This document shows positions 32,125 through 42,031 of a stretch of 43,628 nucleotides of DNA, in pieces (positions within the stretch are counted from its first letter, which is position 1; each line of letters begins with the position of its first letter). The notes under the pieces are model-generated. The model was not told where the DNA came from, made no database searches, and saw only the letters and a program-made list of their open reading frames with translations. The DNA comes from a virus: the IMG/VR virus record IMGVR_UViG_3300025195_000001, one strand, 5' to 3'. The translations under genes were made by a program, and so were the position numbers.

Positions 32125-33354
32125 ATGAATAAAAAACGCTATTCTAATCCGAAAATTTATATTCCTCGTAAGAATGGAAGGCCGTCGGTAAGTGCAAAAA
32201 GTAGATGGCACGTTTATTTTTATTGGCGAACCGAAAAAGATGGTCCGCTAGATAAATTATTTACCTTTAGAAAAGACATCAACCGATTAAAAACTCCTGC
32301 AGAAAGAAATGCTGCAGCAAAGTCTCTTCAATCAGCCTTACAAGTTGCGCTTGATCGTGGTTGGAATCCGTTAACCAATACGACCATCGATGAAAGGAAT
32401 TCTCGCGATTCGATGTTATTGAAAGAAGCACTCGAATTTTCTTATAAAATATTAGAACGCACCAAATCGACTGCTACGCTAAACGGTTATAATTTTCATC
32501 TGAACAAATTTTTAGAGTGGGCAAAGATTAACGGTTATATTGGGATGGACGTGCGAAAATTTGGAGTAGATGAGTTTTACCAATTTTTCGATTACTTAAG
32601 GTTTGAATATGTAAACCCGAAAACCGGAGACAGTTTAAGCGGTACTTCTATCAATAACACCAAACGATCGCTTTCATCTTTATTCGGGACCTTAAAGAAA
32701 GAACGCATCATCGCTGAAAACTTTGTAAAAGACATTCCGAAGGTTGACCAGGAACCTGTCAACAATAAAGCGTTTACTTTAAAGGAACTGGAGCAGATCA
32801 AAAAAGCGGTACTTAAAGAAGATCCTTACCTGATCCATATCATTCGGTTTATGATGTACCCATTACTTCGCGTTAGAGAAATTTGCCGTTTGCAAGTGAA
32901 AGATATTGATGCCGAACTTTCGATGTTGAAGGTAAAAACCAAAACCGAAGTTTTGAGTTACCGCAGGATCATTAAAAAGCTTGAACCTTCTATTAAAGAA
33001 CTTAAGCTTGAAAATGAACCGCCAAATTTTCATGTTTTCACGAATCTAGATCAACCCAAAGATTGGAGCGATGCGACTTTAAAAAGTAGAACCGATCATT
33101 TTGGGAAACGCTTTAAGAAGATTAAAGACAAACTTGGCTTCGGGCGAGAATATGGATTGTATTCTTTTCGGCATACCGCAATATTAGACCTTTACAATTC
33201 TAAAGTTGATGCAGGATTGCCGGAGCAACAAATACTATTTGAGTTAATGCCCATCACCGGGCATAAATCTGTCGCCGGGATTAAAAATTATTTGCGCCAT
33301 CATAAAAAATCGATCCCTGCAGATCATTCAGATATTTATACGATTGATATTTAA
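32125..33354 (+). CDS. int: Tyrosine recombinase / phage integrase
   Basis: It carries LLRVREICRLQVKDI (Arg I region), YSFRHTAI (HxxR) and GHKSVAGIKNYL (catalytic Tyr). The track ORF starts at 31960 inside the tRNA fragment. The plausible starts are the ATG at 32125 (MNKKRYSN, after the P' arm repeat) or the ATG at 32062. Confidence 0.9.
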   Translation: MNKKRYSNPKIYIPRKNGRPSVSAKSRWHVYFYWRTEKDGPLDKLFTFRKDINRLKTPAERNAAAKSLQSALQVALDRGWNPLTNTTIDERNSRDSMLLKEALEFSYKILERTKSTATLNGYNFHLNKFLEWAKINGYIGMDVRKFGVDEFYQFFDYLRFEYVNPKTGDSLSGTSINNTKRSLSSLFGTLKKERIIAENFVKDIPKVDQEPVNNKAFTLKELEQIKKAVLKEDPYLIHIIRFMMYPLLRVREICRLQVKDIDAELSMLKVKTKTEVLSYRRIIKKLEPSIKELKLENEPPNFHVFTNLDQPKDWSDATLKSRTDHFGKRFKKIKDKLGFGREYGLYSFRHTAILDLYNSKVDAGLPEQQILFELMPITGHKSVAGIKNYLRHHKKSIPADHSDIYTIDI

Positions 33355-35147
33355 AAAGTCTCACTTTCGATATCGACTTTCATTCGAGTTTCTGAAATAA
33401 ACTTCTTATCGAGTTTTCTAAAGATGTGGAGCTCGTTGTATTTTTTGCTGTATTCATCTGTAAAAATTTCTTCAAAAACAGAACATTCAAAAACCTCTTT
33501 TAAGGTTTTGGAATGTACTCGAAAATAAAGCCATTGGCTCCAAAAGTTATCTTTTACGTTTTGCAAGCTTAATAAATTAGCAATTTCAGGTTTGCAAGTT
33601 GGTCGAAGTCCAGATAAGCCATCAAATAAACAGAAATCAATTTTTGCAGCATCTTCCGGGGCGACTGCAGTAATAATATTTTTATTGCTTTCTACCAATG
33701 CCGGTTGCAAATCCATATCGATCGTGATCGTTTCGCTTTTTCCCTGTTCAAGTTCAGAATATACCTGGCCATCGATACCGTAATACACCGTTTCATCATT
33801 TTTATAGGTAAGTTTATAAAAGCGCGTGCGATTACTTTTCCATCGAGGGTTTGGGATCTGCAAATGCTCGTGATCTTTACGAGGTTTATTGAAAAGTGTA
33901 TTTTCAACAAAATCTATTTTCACCAATCGATCTTGGTGTTTTATATCGAGATTGAGCCAGTTCTTTAATTCATTCACAAACTCTCCAAATTTCATATCCG
34001 GCATAAAATCGGCTAAAGAAAAAACATTCGGGAATACATTTAACTGACCTCCGGAAAATGAAAACTCAAAATTGTTATAAGAAGAAATATCGGTTTGTTG
34101 ATATCGCAGACGCATTCTAATAATGATCGGGTCGTAATTATCGCCATTTTCTACATTCACCGTTATTTTCTCTTCAATCTGTACGCGCGTATCGTTAGAA
34201 GCGTAACTTCTAATCACGGTTTCATCTTGCGAAAGCGCATCTTGGCGAATCACTTGTAAGAAGAAAAGTTCAGCAATACCGGGAGGCATATTCACATTAA
34301 GATTTACATTGTAACTTCCTACGGTGGTCGGGGTGAACGATGTTTCGTAAATATTATACAATAAGCCACCAATGCTTTGCGCAGATGTACGTTGGTTAAA
34401 CGATATTTGTTGGTTTTCGCTTGCATCAAATCTTTCCAGGTAATTACCGGGAATGTAAAGTGCCTTTTTAAAATCGGGATGCGTGAAAATTTCGCCAATC
34501 GCTTGTTTGCCGGCTTGTGAAAAGCCAAACTTTAAAATTTCTAATAAATACGGGAACGGCGCCATTACATTACGATTTACATAAACATCTTCTAAATCGC
34601 CATCATCGTTTTCTTCTTGAATTACTTCGTTGGTTAAAAAATTACCACCTTCATAATTATTTACAAAACCCAAGTAGCGATCATAATCATTACCGTCTGG
34701 TAATTCCGGATGATAAACCATCGGGAAGTTAAACCCGGTTTGTGGCCAAGCTTGTGAGATCGTAGTTTTAGCCAATTGTGTAAGATTCTGTGTGATAATT
34801 GTGGGCCAACCTAAATCTTTTAGAGGCGTTTCATAGATCGGTAAAATATCGCTGCCGTATCTTAAATTAAATTCGACCACCGTATTTTCATATTCTTCAA
34901 CGTATAAAACGGCTTCAAAATGTCTGTTTTGAAGAAGAAGGCGACCTTCAATCTTTACTTGCTTATCGATCACATTATCTAATGTAACCAGATCGAGCTT
35001 TTCTTTTAACTCATCGTCAAGCTTTGCCGAAAAGGGCAACGAATAGCTTTGATGAATATTATCGGTAAACAAGGAGTTTTCTTCCTTTAAAGAAACTCCG
35101 TAAGCGCTAAGATCAAGTTGAAATAATTTAGTCTGAAATACAATCAT
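33351..35147 (-). CDS. Large tail/baseplate-associated protein
   Basis: 598 aa, the last gene of the tail operon, overlapping the upstream gene by 4 nt. No motif recognised. Confidence 0.5.
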   Translation of the reverse strand: MIVFQTKLFQLDLSAYGVSLKEENSLFTDNIHQSYSLPFSAKLDDELKEKLDLVTLDNVIDKQVKIEGRLLLQNRHFEAVLYVEEYENTVVEFNLRYGSDILPIYETPLKDLGWPTIITQNLTQLAKTTISQAWPQTGFNFPMVYHPELPDGNDYDRYLGFVNNYEGGNFLTNEVIQEENDDGDLEDVYVNRNVMAPFPYLLEILKFGFSQAGKQAIGEIFTHPDFKKALYIPGNYLERFDASENQQISFNQRTSAQSIGGLLYNIYETSFTPTTVGSYNVNLNVNMPPGIAELFFLQVIRQDALSQDETVIRSYASNDTRVQIEEKITVNVENGDNYDPIIIRMRLRYQQTDISSYNNFEFSFSGGQLNVFPNVFSLADFMPDMKFGEFVNELKNWLNLDIKHQDRLVKIDFVENTLFNKPRKDHEHLQIPNPRWKSNRTRFYKLTYKNDETVYYGIDGQVYSELEQGKSETITIDMDLQPALVESNKNIITAVAPEDAAKIDFCLFDGLSGLRPTCKPEIANLLSLQNVKDNFWSQWLYFRVHSKTLKEVFECSVFEEIFTDEYSKKYNELHIFRKLDKKFISETRMKVDIESETF

Positions 35148-37144
35148 CGGGTAGCAGCATCAAATTTTAAATCATACTCTTTTATAAATCTTCGGCTTTC
35201 AAAAGTTGAAATACCTCTAAAGTTTTTGATCACTTCATAACGTTGGTTACCAAGTTGGATCCAGATTTTCTTGGCACGAATAATACTTGCCAAGTGATTT
35301 ACTTCTTCATCGGTATAAATTTCGCCTGTGTTGATCGAGAATGATCTTGGTTCTTTTACTTCGATGGTTTTGGTATATTCTTTACCATCTACCTGATAGG
35401 TAGTTTCATCATTACCATCGTCGAGACCTAACTCGATAGGACCGGTGCAATTAAAAACTTCGGGACAATCCCATTGGTTTAACCAAATGAGTTGCTGCGT
35501 AGGTAATTGCGAATCTTTTATAATTACTTCTGAAGTAATAATACCGCAGTTAATACTTACTTTGTCACCAATTGACAAGTCGTAATCTGCCAGATTTATA
35601 AAGGCTGTGTAAATATTTGTATTTTCTAAATTTACATTTACTAGATAGTTAACCCCATTAATAAGCACAACTGCATTTTGTAATGTATTAGCACTGTATA
35701 AAGAAAATGAAACGATAGCGTCTTTGGGTAAATATTGTTTTTTTGGCAAAAAACTCAATCGATAAAAATGATTTCCATTTGCTAGTGACCGCTCGATATC
35801 GTTAGTAGTAAAAAATTCTTCTAACGCTACATTCGGGTTTTTACCATTAATCCATTTTAAACCAAAATACTCCTCTAATAAAGTAGTAGATTGATTACCA
35901 ATCACTTTATTATACACTTTTAAAACCATCGTGATCGGAATAATAGGTTTAAAAAAGTGAGTAAACAGCAAGGGTAGTTCTTGCGGTTTTAATAAGCTTT
36001 CGGTTTCTAAACCTATTACTGCAGATAATGCATTTTGATAGTATGGTATTTTCTTTTTGTACTGTTTTTGCCCGGCAGTAGCCTGTGTAACATAATCGAG
36101 AATTACTTCTGCATTTGGCGTGCCGTTGGTTAAATTTAATCGGTTACGGGCGTGCGCGAAGTAAAACCCGAAGTTTTCTAAGCCGGAAGAAGTTTCTTCA
36201 ACAATAATTAATAATACATCGATGGTAAAGCTTACTGAGTTACCCGATAAGGTAATTTCTGCCGGATAACTGCCAACCTCTAAAGGTTGTGTGTTTGCGG
36301 TTGAAATTGTAAATGTTGAAGCTCCCGAAGCTAAATTGGATTCTGAAATCGTTAACCAAGCAACACTTGTTTCTATGGTTAAACTTTCGCTAGTATCGAC
36401 CGTAATGGTTTGATTGCTTTGCGGAGCTTCGCCTTGAGCTTCTGAAAATAAAAGTTGCTCGGGAGTTACTGAAATATAATCTTCTTCGCTGCCGTCGCCT
36501 ATAACCACTAAAACAACCGTACCTGTTTTGGTTGAATTACCATCATCTACAATAAAGTTAGCCGTGTAATTACCCGGTGCTAAACCTGAGGGATTTACGT
36601 TTAAACTAATCGTTTGACTTCCCGAGCCGTTGGTTTGGCTAAAACTTAACCACGATTGATTGGAAGCTATCGACCAGTTTTGACTCGTGGTAATTTGTAA
36701 ATATTCTTGTGCCGGTGCTGCACTGCCAATAGTGTAATTAAAACTATAATTTTGAGGAGTAATCGAAAGTGGAGTTGCCTCGGTAACTTGTAATGTTACC
36801 TGAAGAGGTACCGATGTAAAATTGCCAAAAGGAAATACAGCCTGCTTTGACTTTATAACCACATTTTCTTGGTATAATCCAACCGCTAGATTATTCCCTT
36901 GGTTTTGATTAATTGAAAATCTATAATTGACAAACTGAACCATTCCACCGGCATACACATATTCATCTACTATTACATCAAGCCATTGTGGTTTTTGATG
37001 AACATATACACTTCCCGGTTCCATCGAAGAAGTAAAAGCAAAAAACATCTCTTCTTCCGGAAGGACACCCGAATATTTTTGATAGTTTAAGTAAAGGGTA
37101 GGATTAGGATTCCAACCCGCAACTGGATTGCTATAATCTGGCAT
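35144..37144 (-). CDS. Distal tail protein with two BACON/Ig-like repeats
   Basis: 666 aa, directly after the tape measure. Two ~90-aa units (ITTSQNWSIASNQSWLSFSQTNGSGSQTISLNVNPSGLAPGNYTANFIV and TIETSVAWLTISESNLASGASTFTISTANTQPLEVGSYPAEITL) follow the W..s..WL..s...G.G...i.v.......R/Y.a.i pattern of BACON domains. Confidence 0.55.
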   Translation of the reverse strand: MPDYSNPVAGWNPNPTLYLNYQKYSGVLPEEEMFFAFTSSMEPGSVYVHQKPQWLDVIVDEYVYAGGMVQFVNYRFSINQNQGNNLAVGLYQENVVIKSKQAVFPFGNFTSVPLQVTLQVTEATPLSITPQNYSFNYTIGSAAPAQEYLQITTSQNWSIASNQSWLSFSQTNGSGSQTISLNVNPSGLAPGNYTANFIVDDGNSTKTGTVVLVVIGDGSEEDYISVTPEQLLFSEAQGEAPQSNQTITVDTSESLTIETSVAWLTISESNLASGASTFTISTANTQPLEVGSYPAEITLSGNSVSFTIDVLLIIVEETSSGLENFGFYFAHARNRLNLTNGTPNAEVILDYVTQATAGQKQYKKKIPYYQNALSAVIGLETESLLKPQELPLLFTHFFKPIIPITMVLKVYNKVIGNQSTTLLEEYFGLKWINGKNPNVALEEFFTTNDIERSLANGNHFYRLSFLPKKQYLPKDAIVSFSLYSANTLQNAVVLINGVNYLVNVNLENTNIYTAFINLADYDLSIGDKVSINCGIITSEVIIKDSQLPTQQLIWLNQWDCPEVFNCTGPIELGLDDGNDETTYQVDGKEYTKTIEVKEPRSFSINTGEIYTDEEVNHLASIIRAKKIWIQLGNQRYEVIKNFRGISTFESRRFIKEYDLKFDAATR

Positions 37145-37147
37145 AAT

Positions 37148-39937
37148 TTACTTTATTTGAGTGCTTTCTTTTAATTTGTCGAGTTTCTTTTGTTGCTCCT
37201 GGCGTTTGAGTTCTTCTTCGGGACCAAAGTAAATTGGAGCTTCAAGCGGTTGATCTAGTTTTTGCATAAACGCTTGCATCATATCCATCATCATTTGGTT
37301 TGAAGAACTTGAGGCAGAACCAGATCCCGAACTTGAGTATTCGTTTGCCGTGTCGCCACCTGTAGCATATAGACCGAGTTTCTTTTTACGTTTGGTTTCC
37401 AGATAATCTAAAATCTGAGGAACTTCGGGGTCGCGTCTTACAATCTCCGGTACTACATATTCATTGGTATGTACCACTCCCGCCACTTCGTGACCAGACC
37501 CATCTTTATAACCCTGCCCGAATAGATCGGTATAACCACCACCACTAAAGCCTTGTATGGTTGCAGCACCAATTGATGCTAATTGAGTAGCAGCTGTAAT
37601 TTTGGTAGCTAAAATATTCTTTGCGGTTGTAGCAGCAGCAATAGCATACATAGGGTTTGGTAATATAGTTCCAGGTATAGCAATTGGAACTGTCGCTAAA
37701 TTAGCTTTTGCCGCTGCAATACCTTTTGCTGCTGAAGTTATTACTTCGCCGGCTGCTAGACCTTTTTCTAAAAGAAATAAGGCGTGATATATTCCGCTAG
37801 ATTCATCAAAGAAGCCTTGTAATGAATTAATACCGCTTGCCAAGGCATTGCTTTTGGCTGCTTGCAAGTTTTCTTCCGCTGCAATTAATTCATCATAAAA
37901 CTTTTTATTTTCTTTTGCACGCTCCTCGTTATATTTAGATTCAATATCTAAAAGCCGTTGTTTATGGTTTTGCTCCATTAACTCCAAAAGCTCTTCTTTT
38001 TCGGCTTTTGTGAGTTGCATTTGTTCTAATGCAGCTTCTTCTTTTTCTAAACGTTGCTCTTCTTCGAGCTCTTCCTTTTCCTGATCGGTTTCAGCTTTCG
38101 CTAATTCAAGTTCGTTTAAAAGTTCACGTTTGCGCTCTTCGAATGCTTGTAAGCGTTCAAGTTCTTTTTCTTCTTCTTCCTTTTTAGCTTCGTCGATTTT
38201 AATTTTGTATTCATCACGAATAGCTTGTCTTAATTCTTCACCGGCTCGAAGTGCTTCCGCTTTATCGAGTTCGCGTTGCATTTCTAGCTCTAGTTCTTTT
38301 ACTCTAGAATTTGCTAATCGATCTTCTTTTTTACGGAGGTATTCTTCTTCTAAAGCTGCAATAGCATCAAGTCTTTTCTTTTCTGCTTCTAGGGCTTTTT
38401 GATCTACTTCTAAATTATTGGGATTATTTTTTTGGGCTTGCTTCTCTTTTTCCTTTTGGCGTTTTTGTTCTTCTTCTTTTTGTTTTGCAGCAGCTTCTTC
38501 AATTTTACGTTGTTGTTCGTCAAATTCTTTACCGAGTGCTTCCCAGTCTGCATCTGCGCCAATGGTAAATGCATCTTTTACATATTGAACCGATTGAAAT
38601 ACAAATCGTCTAAATGCGGTATCTGCATCGACTAAACCTTCTGCGATCGCATTTATAAACTGATAAAAATCTGCTTTTGCTTTTATCCAGGTAACTTCTA
38701 ATTCATTTACAAAAGCATTATAACTGTCAGATTTTAAGGCATCATTTTGGGCTTCTTCTAATTCTCGATTTGCATCTGCAACATCTTTTAAATGTTGTTG
38801 TAATGGAGTAAGCGCATCGGCTTGATCCTTTAGTGCATCGTTAACGGCTTCAAAAATTACCAATGCACCACCGGCATCTTCTCCTGCACCTCTAAAAAGG
38901 TCGGCAGTAAGTTGTTGCGCTTGTTGTGAGTTTAAACCAATATTTTCTGCTTCTGTAGCAACTAAACCCAATGCATCTTTTACCGTAATAGATCCTGACT
39001 TTAAATCTTTGAAAAGTTTATCTGTAAATTGTTTACCGAAGGCATTTTCAAGTGCTTCTCGAGAAGCTGTAGTTTCTTCCATTACAGAAAGCGAAAACTC
39101 TTTAATTGCATCGGGAAGTTTATCGCTGTAAATACCTAAGTCGATACCTTCATTTACGATACGTTGAAAATCTTCGACCGTAAACCCTGCTTGTGCAAAA
39201 AGACGAGGATATTCTTTTAAGCTGTCTAAAAACTCACCATTCTGCGAACCACCTCGAACTAAGCCATCTTCAATACGATCAAAAGCTTCTTCGTAGGTAA
39301 TGCCAAAAGCATTCACCAGATTTTTAGCAACGTTAAGCGTTTCTTTAAAATCGGTACCAAATGTATTTTCTATTGCAGTAGCTCTAATGCGAGCTTCGTC
39401 TAATGTATCACCACTTAGTTGAGTAATTTGTTGAGTTATTGCATTTGCTTCACGTGCAGCTTCATTGTATTTAACCCATTCTTTCGCAGCAAGCACAATA
39501 CCGGTTAAACCAACCATTATTAAACCGAATGGAGTTTTTGCAAATTGCCAAGCTGCATTTGCAGCAGATTTAATACCTCCGGCTACACCGTGCATACCCT
39601 CACGAAAACCGACTAAATCGCCACTTTTAAGTGCAGAAAACATTTGGCTTACGTTACCGCCAAACTCATTAAGCGTGGCGTTATGGTCTTCTTGAGCTGC
39701 AATATTTTTTTTAGTATCGTTTAGAAGTTCACGCTGATTTTTTTTCATATCATCGTAAATCTTCTCGGTTTTGGCGAGTTCTTTATTGGCTCGGTGCCAT
39801 TCTTCGGTACCTTCGGTTAAATTTTTGGTACGCGCACGTAGTGATCGCAGTTCTTTACCAACGCCGTTAAGTGTATTTTTTACTTCTTTACCATTAATTT
39901 TGATAAGAAGGTTGAATTGTGTATCTCTAATTGCCAT
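37148..39937 (-). CDS. Tail tape measure protein
   Basis: 929 aa with a long Glu/Lys/Ala-rich coiled-coil centre and hydrophobic Gly/Ala-rich segments (AATTAKNILATKITAATQLASIGAATIQG). It is the largest ORF and lies upstream of the distal tail genes. Confidence 0.85.
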   Translation of the reverse strand: MAIRDTQFNLLIKINGKEVKNTLNGVGKELRSLRARTKNLTEGTEEWHRANKELAKTEKIYDDMKKNQRELLNDTKKNIAAQEDHNATLNEFGGNVSQMFSALKSGDLVGFREGMHGVAGGIKSAANAAWQFAKTPFGLIMVGLTGIVLAAKEWVKYNEAAREANAITQQITQLSGDTLDEARIRATAIENTFGTDFKETLNVAKNLVNAFGITYEEAFDRIEDGLVRGGSQNGEFLDSLKEYPRLFAQAGFTVEDFQRIVNEGIDLGIYSDKLPDAIKEFSLSVMEETTASREALENAFGKQFTDKLFKDLKSGSITVKDALGLVATEAENIGLNSQQAQQLTADLFRGAGEDAGGALVIFEAVNDALKDQADALTPLQQHLKDVADANRELEEAQNDALKSDSYNAFVNELEVTWIKAKADFYQFINAIAEGLVDADTAFRRFVFQSVQYVKDAFTIGADADWEALGKEFDEQQRKIEEAAAKQKEEEQKRQKEKEKQAQKNNPNNLEVDQKALEAEKKRLDAIAALEEEYLRKKEDRLANSRVKELELEMQRELDKAEALRAGEELRQAIRDEYKIKIDEAKKEEEEKELERLQAFEERKRELLNELELAKAETDQEKEELEEEQRLEKEEAALEQMQLTKAEKEELLELMEQNHKQRLLDIESKYNEERAKENKKFYDELIAAEENLQAAKSNALASGINSLQGFFDESSGIYHALFLLEKGLAAGEVITSAAKGIAAAKANLATVPIAIPGTILPNPMYAIAAATTAKNILATKITAATQLASIGAATIQGFSGGGYTDLFGQGYKDGSGHEVAGVVHTNEYVVPEIVRRDPEVPQILDYLETKRKKKLGLYATGGDTANEYSSSGSGSASSSSNQMMMDMMQAFMQKLDQPLEAPIYFGPEEELKRQEQQKKLDKLKESTQIK

Positions 39938-40412
39938 TCTTATCGTTGCTTATATTAATGACTAAATTGCTAACTGTAACCTTGATTGCATTAGTTCTCG
40001 TTTCACCTAACGCTTTTATGAGGTAATCAAAAGCACCACTTTTTTGATAGATATCTTCAAAAATTTTATATGCAGGTAAATCAAACTCATGAGATTTTCT
40101 TTGAGTGGCGTTTTTATGATATCGCTCTGCTTTTAAAAAAACTGTTGTAGCACCTCTCACTCCTGAAAATCCATGATGAAGAATGTATCCGTGTCTTGAA
40201 GATTTTAAGTTTAAGCCTAGCAACCGGTAATCGCCCATTTTGGCTTTTACGGATAATCCTTCTAATAGAGGTTCTTCTGGCATACCAACTCCACGATCGT
40301 GAAGCCTTGCTTTCATTCGCTGCAATACATAATCCTGAGCCATTTTTGCAGCTTTGCGCCCAATGTAGCGTTCTTTATTGTAGATTTTTTGTTGCTCAGC
40401 GTTTCTGGCCAT
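39927..40412 (-). CDS. Hypothetical tail-module protein (tape-measure chaperone position)
   Basis: 161 aa, overlapping the tape-measure start by 11 nt. No frameshift signal recognised. Confidence 0.45.
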   Translation of the reverse strand: MARNAEQQKIYNKERYIGRKAAKMAQDYVLQRMKARLHDRGVGMPEEPLLEGLSVKAKMGDYRLLGLNLKSSRHGYILHHGFSGVRGATTVFLKAERYHKNATQRKSHEFDLPAYKIFEDIYQKSGAFDYLIKALGETRTNAIKVTVSNLVINISNDKNGN

Positions 40413-40427
40413 TGCTCAATTTTTTTT

Positions 40428-40469
40428 ACCACCCCGACCTACGGTCACCCCTCCTAAAACAGGAGGGGA
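40428..40469. repeat. 43-bp GC-rich hairpin element, copy 1
   Basis: accaccccgacctacggtcacccctcctaaaacaggagggga, with the stem cccctcct/aggagggg. Confidence 0.85.
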
Positions 40470-40507
40470 TTTTTTAGGTTAGGCTAAATTGAGAAAGTTA
40501 GCAAGCG

Positions 40508-40519
40508 TAAAAAAGGACA
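40508..40519 (-). promoter_or_regulatory. TGTCCTTTTTTA core motif
   Basis: The plus strand reads taaaaaaggaca, between the two GC-rich hairpin copies. Confidence 0.35.
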
Positions 40520-40527
40520 TCTTAATA

Positions 40528-40570
40528 ACCACCCCGACCTGCGGTCACCCCTCCTAAAATTAGGAGGGGA
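40528..40570. repeat. 43-bp GC-rich hairpin element, copy 2
   Basis: accaccccgacctgcggtcacccctcctaaaattaggagggga, exactly 100 bp from copy 1. Confidence 0.85.
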
Positions 40571-40574
40571 AGTT

Positions 40575-41081
40575 TTAACAGACGGTATCGAGGTCGCTCC
40601 AATCTTCTGCTTTTACTTTTAGCGGCTCGTTGTCTTTAAACTCGCCAGAGAAACGATAGCCGTACAAATTTTCTGTAAAGACGGGACCAACTTTTACCCA
40701 CTTTACGGAGGCAGCTTTAAATTTATTGTAAACAAGATGCTCAGGGTTTCGAGCATCTAATCGCATTCGAGAAACTATTTTTAAACCAATTCGCTCACAT
40801 TCATCAAGCATTTGGTTTTGTTCCTGTGTATTTCCACGTTCGGGATTTTGGTAAATGGTAAACGCCCAGAAACGACCAATGACAGAATTTTGAATTGTAC
40901 TTTCTGAAGCATCACCTTCGGGTGATTCTGTCGTCATACAAGGGAAAGTTATACCCGATCGAAAAGCCCCGAATAATTCATCTAGATCCATACGGAAGAA
41001 TGAGTTTTCGTTAAAATCGATCAGGTTTTCGTTTAGGCTTTCAAAATAATCGACAATAGGTTTGTGGGTTAGAATTTCCAT
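40575..41081 (-). CDS. Hypothetical tail/neck-module protein
   Basis: 168 aa. Its start overlaps the upstream stop by 1 nt. Confidence 0.5.
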   Translation of the reverse strand: MEILTHKPIVDYFESLNENLIDFNENSFFRMDLDELFGAFRSGITFPCMTTESPEGDASESTIQNSVIGRFWAFTIYQNPERGNTQEQNQMLDECERIGLKIVSRMRLDARNPEHLVYNKFKAASVKWVKVGPVFTENLYGYRFSGEFKDNEPLKVKAEDWSDLDTVC

Positions 41082-41887
41082 TATTTCTTTTGTTTTTCGA
41101 TTTCGACTAATTCATTTTCATAAACGCTCAAGAACTCATTGATCGTTAGCTCTTCGGTTTCTCGTAATTTGGAAGGATCGAAGTTTACTTTGTGATGCAG
41201 CAGCTTACCAAATGGGGTGTAAGTAGGTTTTACCGGTTGGGTTTTTGGTTGCTCCGGATCTTGTGCAGCTTCGATTGGTTTTGGGAAAACGTGCGGATAT
41301 AAACCAATAATGTAATTTCTTGAACCTTCGTAAGCGTAAGCAATCGCTAACTTTTGTCGGTAACTTAGTTTCGAGAAGTTTTTGAGCTCATTTTGCACGA
41401 CGATTTTATGAAATGGCTTGCGCTGATCAATTTCACTATCGCTTCCTTTTTGGCGGTAAAGTGTTACACAAAGTAAATCGAGGTAGTTTTTGTTGCCGGT
41501 TTCTCGCCAGTGATAAAAAACTGAATCTGCAAATGAGAATTCTTTCATTTTTACATTCTGTAATCGAATGGCAGGAGGGAAGTAAGTCTCACCTTTTATC
41601 TTGAACGCTTTCGGGAATTGGTGGCGTTTATTTTCATTGAGTAAAAACTGAAGATGATCTAAATAGGTCGCCGGTGGTATTTGTCGCAATGCTATTCTTA
41701 CTTTGAACCAACTGTTCTCGCGCAGTAAATTCTTGATGAAGTGTAAATAAAGCTTCTGGATGAATTTTGGTTGGGCTTGTTTTTCTTCGGGGAGTTTTCT
41801 AAAATATTCTAAACCTTCTGCAATGTGTTGCAATTGCTTTTCTGAAAGCTCGTTCCAAGATTTGGGAAGTTTGATATTTAATTTCAT
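41081..41887 (-). CDS. Hypothetical tail/neck-module protein
   Basis: The track ORF starts at the TTG at 41905. The first ATG (MKLNIKLPK) is at 41887, 28 nt after the TGTCCTTTTTTAA motif. Confidence 0.5.
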   Translation of the reverse strand: MKLNIKLPKSWNELSEKQLQHIAEGLEYFRKLPEEKQAQPKFIQKLYLHFIKNLLRENSWFKVRIALRQIPPATYLDHLQFLLNENKRHQFPKAFKIKGETYFPPAIRLQNVKMKEFSFADSVFYHWRETGNKNYLDLLCVTLYRQKGSDSEIDQRKPFHKIVVQNELKNFSKLSYRQKLAIAYAYEGSRNYIIGLYPHVFPKPIEAAQDPEQPKTQPVKPTYTPFGKLLHHKVNFDPSKLRETEELTINEFLSVYENELVEIEKQKK

Positions 41888-41914
41888 ATTGCTAAATTGT
41901 AGCAATCGAAAAAT

Positions 41915-41927
41915 TTAAAAAAGGACA
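41915..41927 (-). promoter_or_regulatory. TGTCCTTTTTTAA core motif
   Basis: The plus strand reads ttaaaaaaggaca. Confidence 0.4.
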
Positions 41928-41932
41928 GGAAG

Positions 41933-42031
41933 ATGAGTAAAGACAAATGGACTTGTGAAGAAATACAAATTGCAACTTCGGTGTTGCTTGCTATAATAAT
42001 AGGAATTTTTATGTTGTATCATTTTACATGA
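41933..42031 (+). CDS. Putative 32-aa hydrophobic peptide
   Basis: Own translation: MSKDKWTCEEIQIATSVLLAIIIGIFMLYHFT. Its stop overlaps the next ATG (ATGA). Confidence 0.25.
   Translation: MSKDKWTCEEIQIATSVLLAIIIGIFMLYHFT

Noticed and set aside
31927-32211. Minus-strand 94-aa ORF and the N-terminal extension of the integrase ORF (31960..32124) across the tRNA-like sequence
   Set aside because: Both run through the tRNA-derived attP core, its terminator hairpin and the arm-type repeat. The translations have no integrase-like features until after the ATG at 32125.
39927-40412. Programmed -1 frameshift tail-assembly chaperone pair upstream of the tape measure
   Set aside because: Only one ORF precedes the tape measure. 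It overlaps the tape-measure start by 11 nt, and I could not find a slippery heptamer with an extended alternative frame. The upstream neighbour is separated by the 162-bp hairpin-repeat gap.
40451-40469. AGGAGGGG as a Shine-Dalgarno ribosome-binding site
   Set aside because: It is sequestered in a perfect hairpin with cccctcct, lies 50-150 nt from the nearest start codon on the gene strand, and no other gene in the window uses an SD-like sequence.
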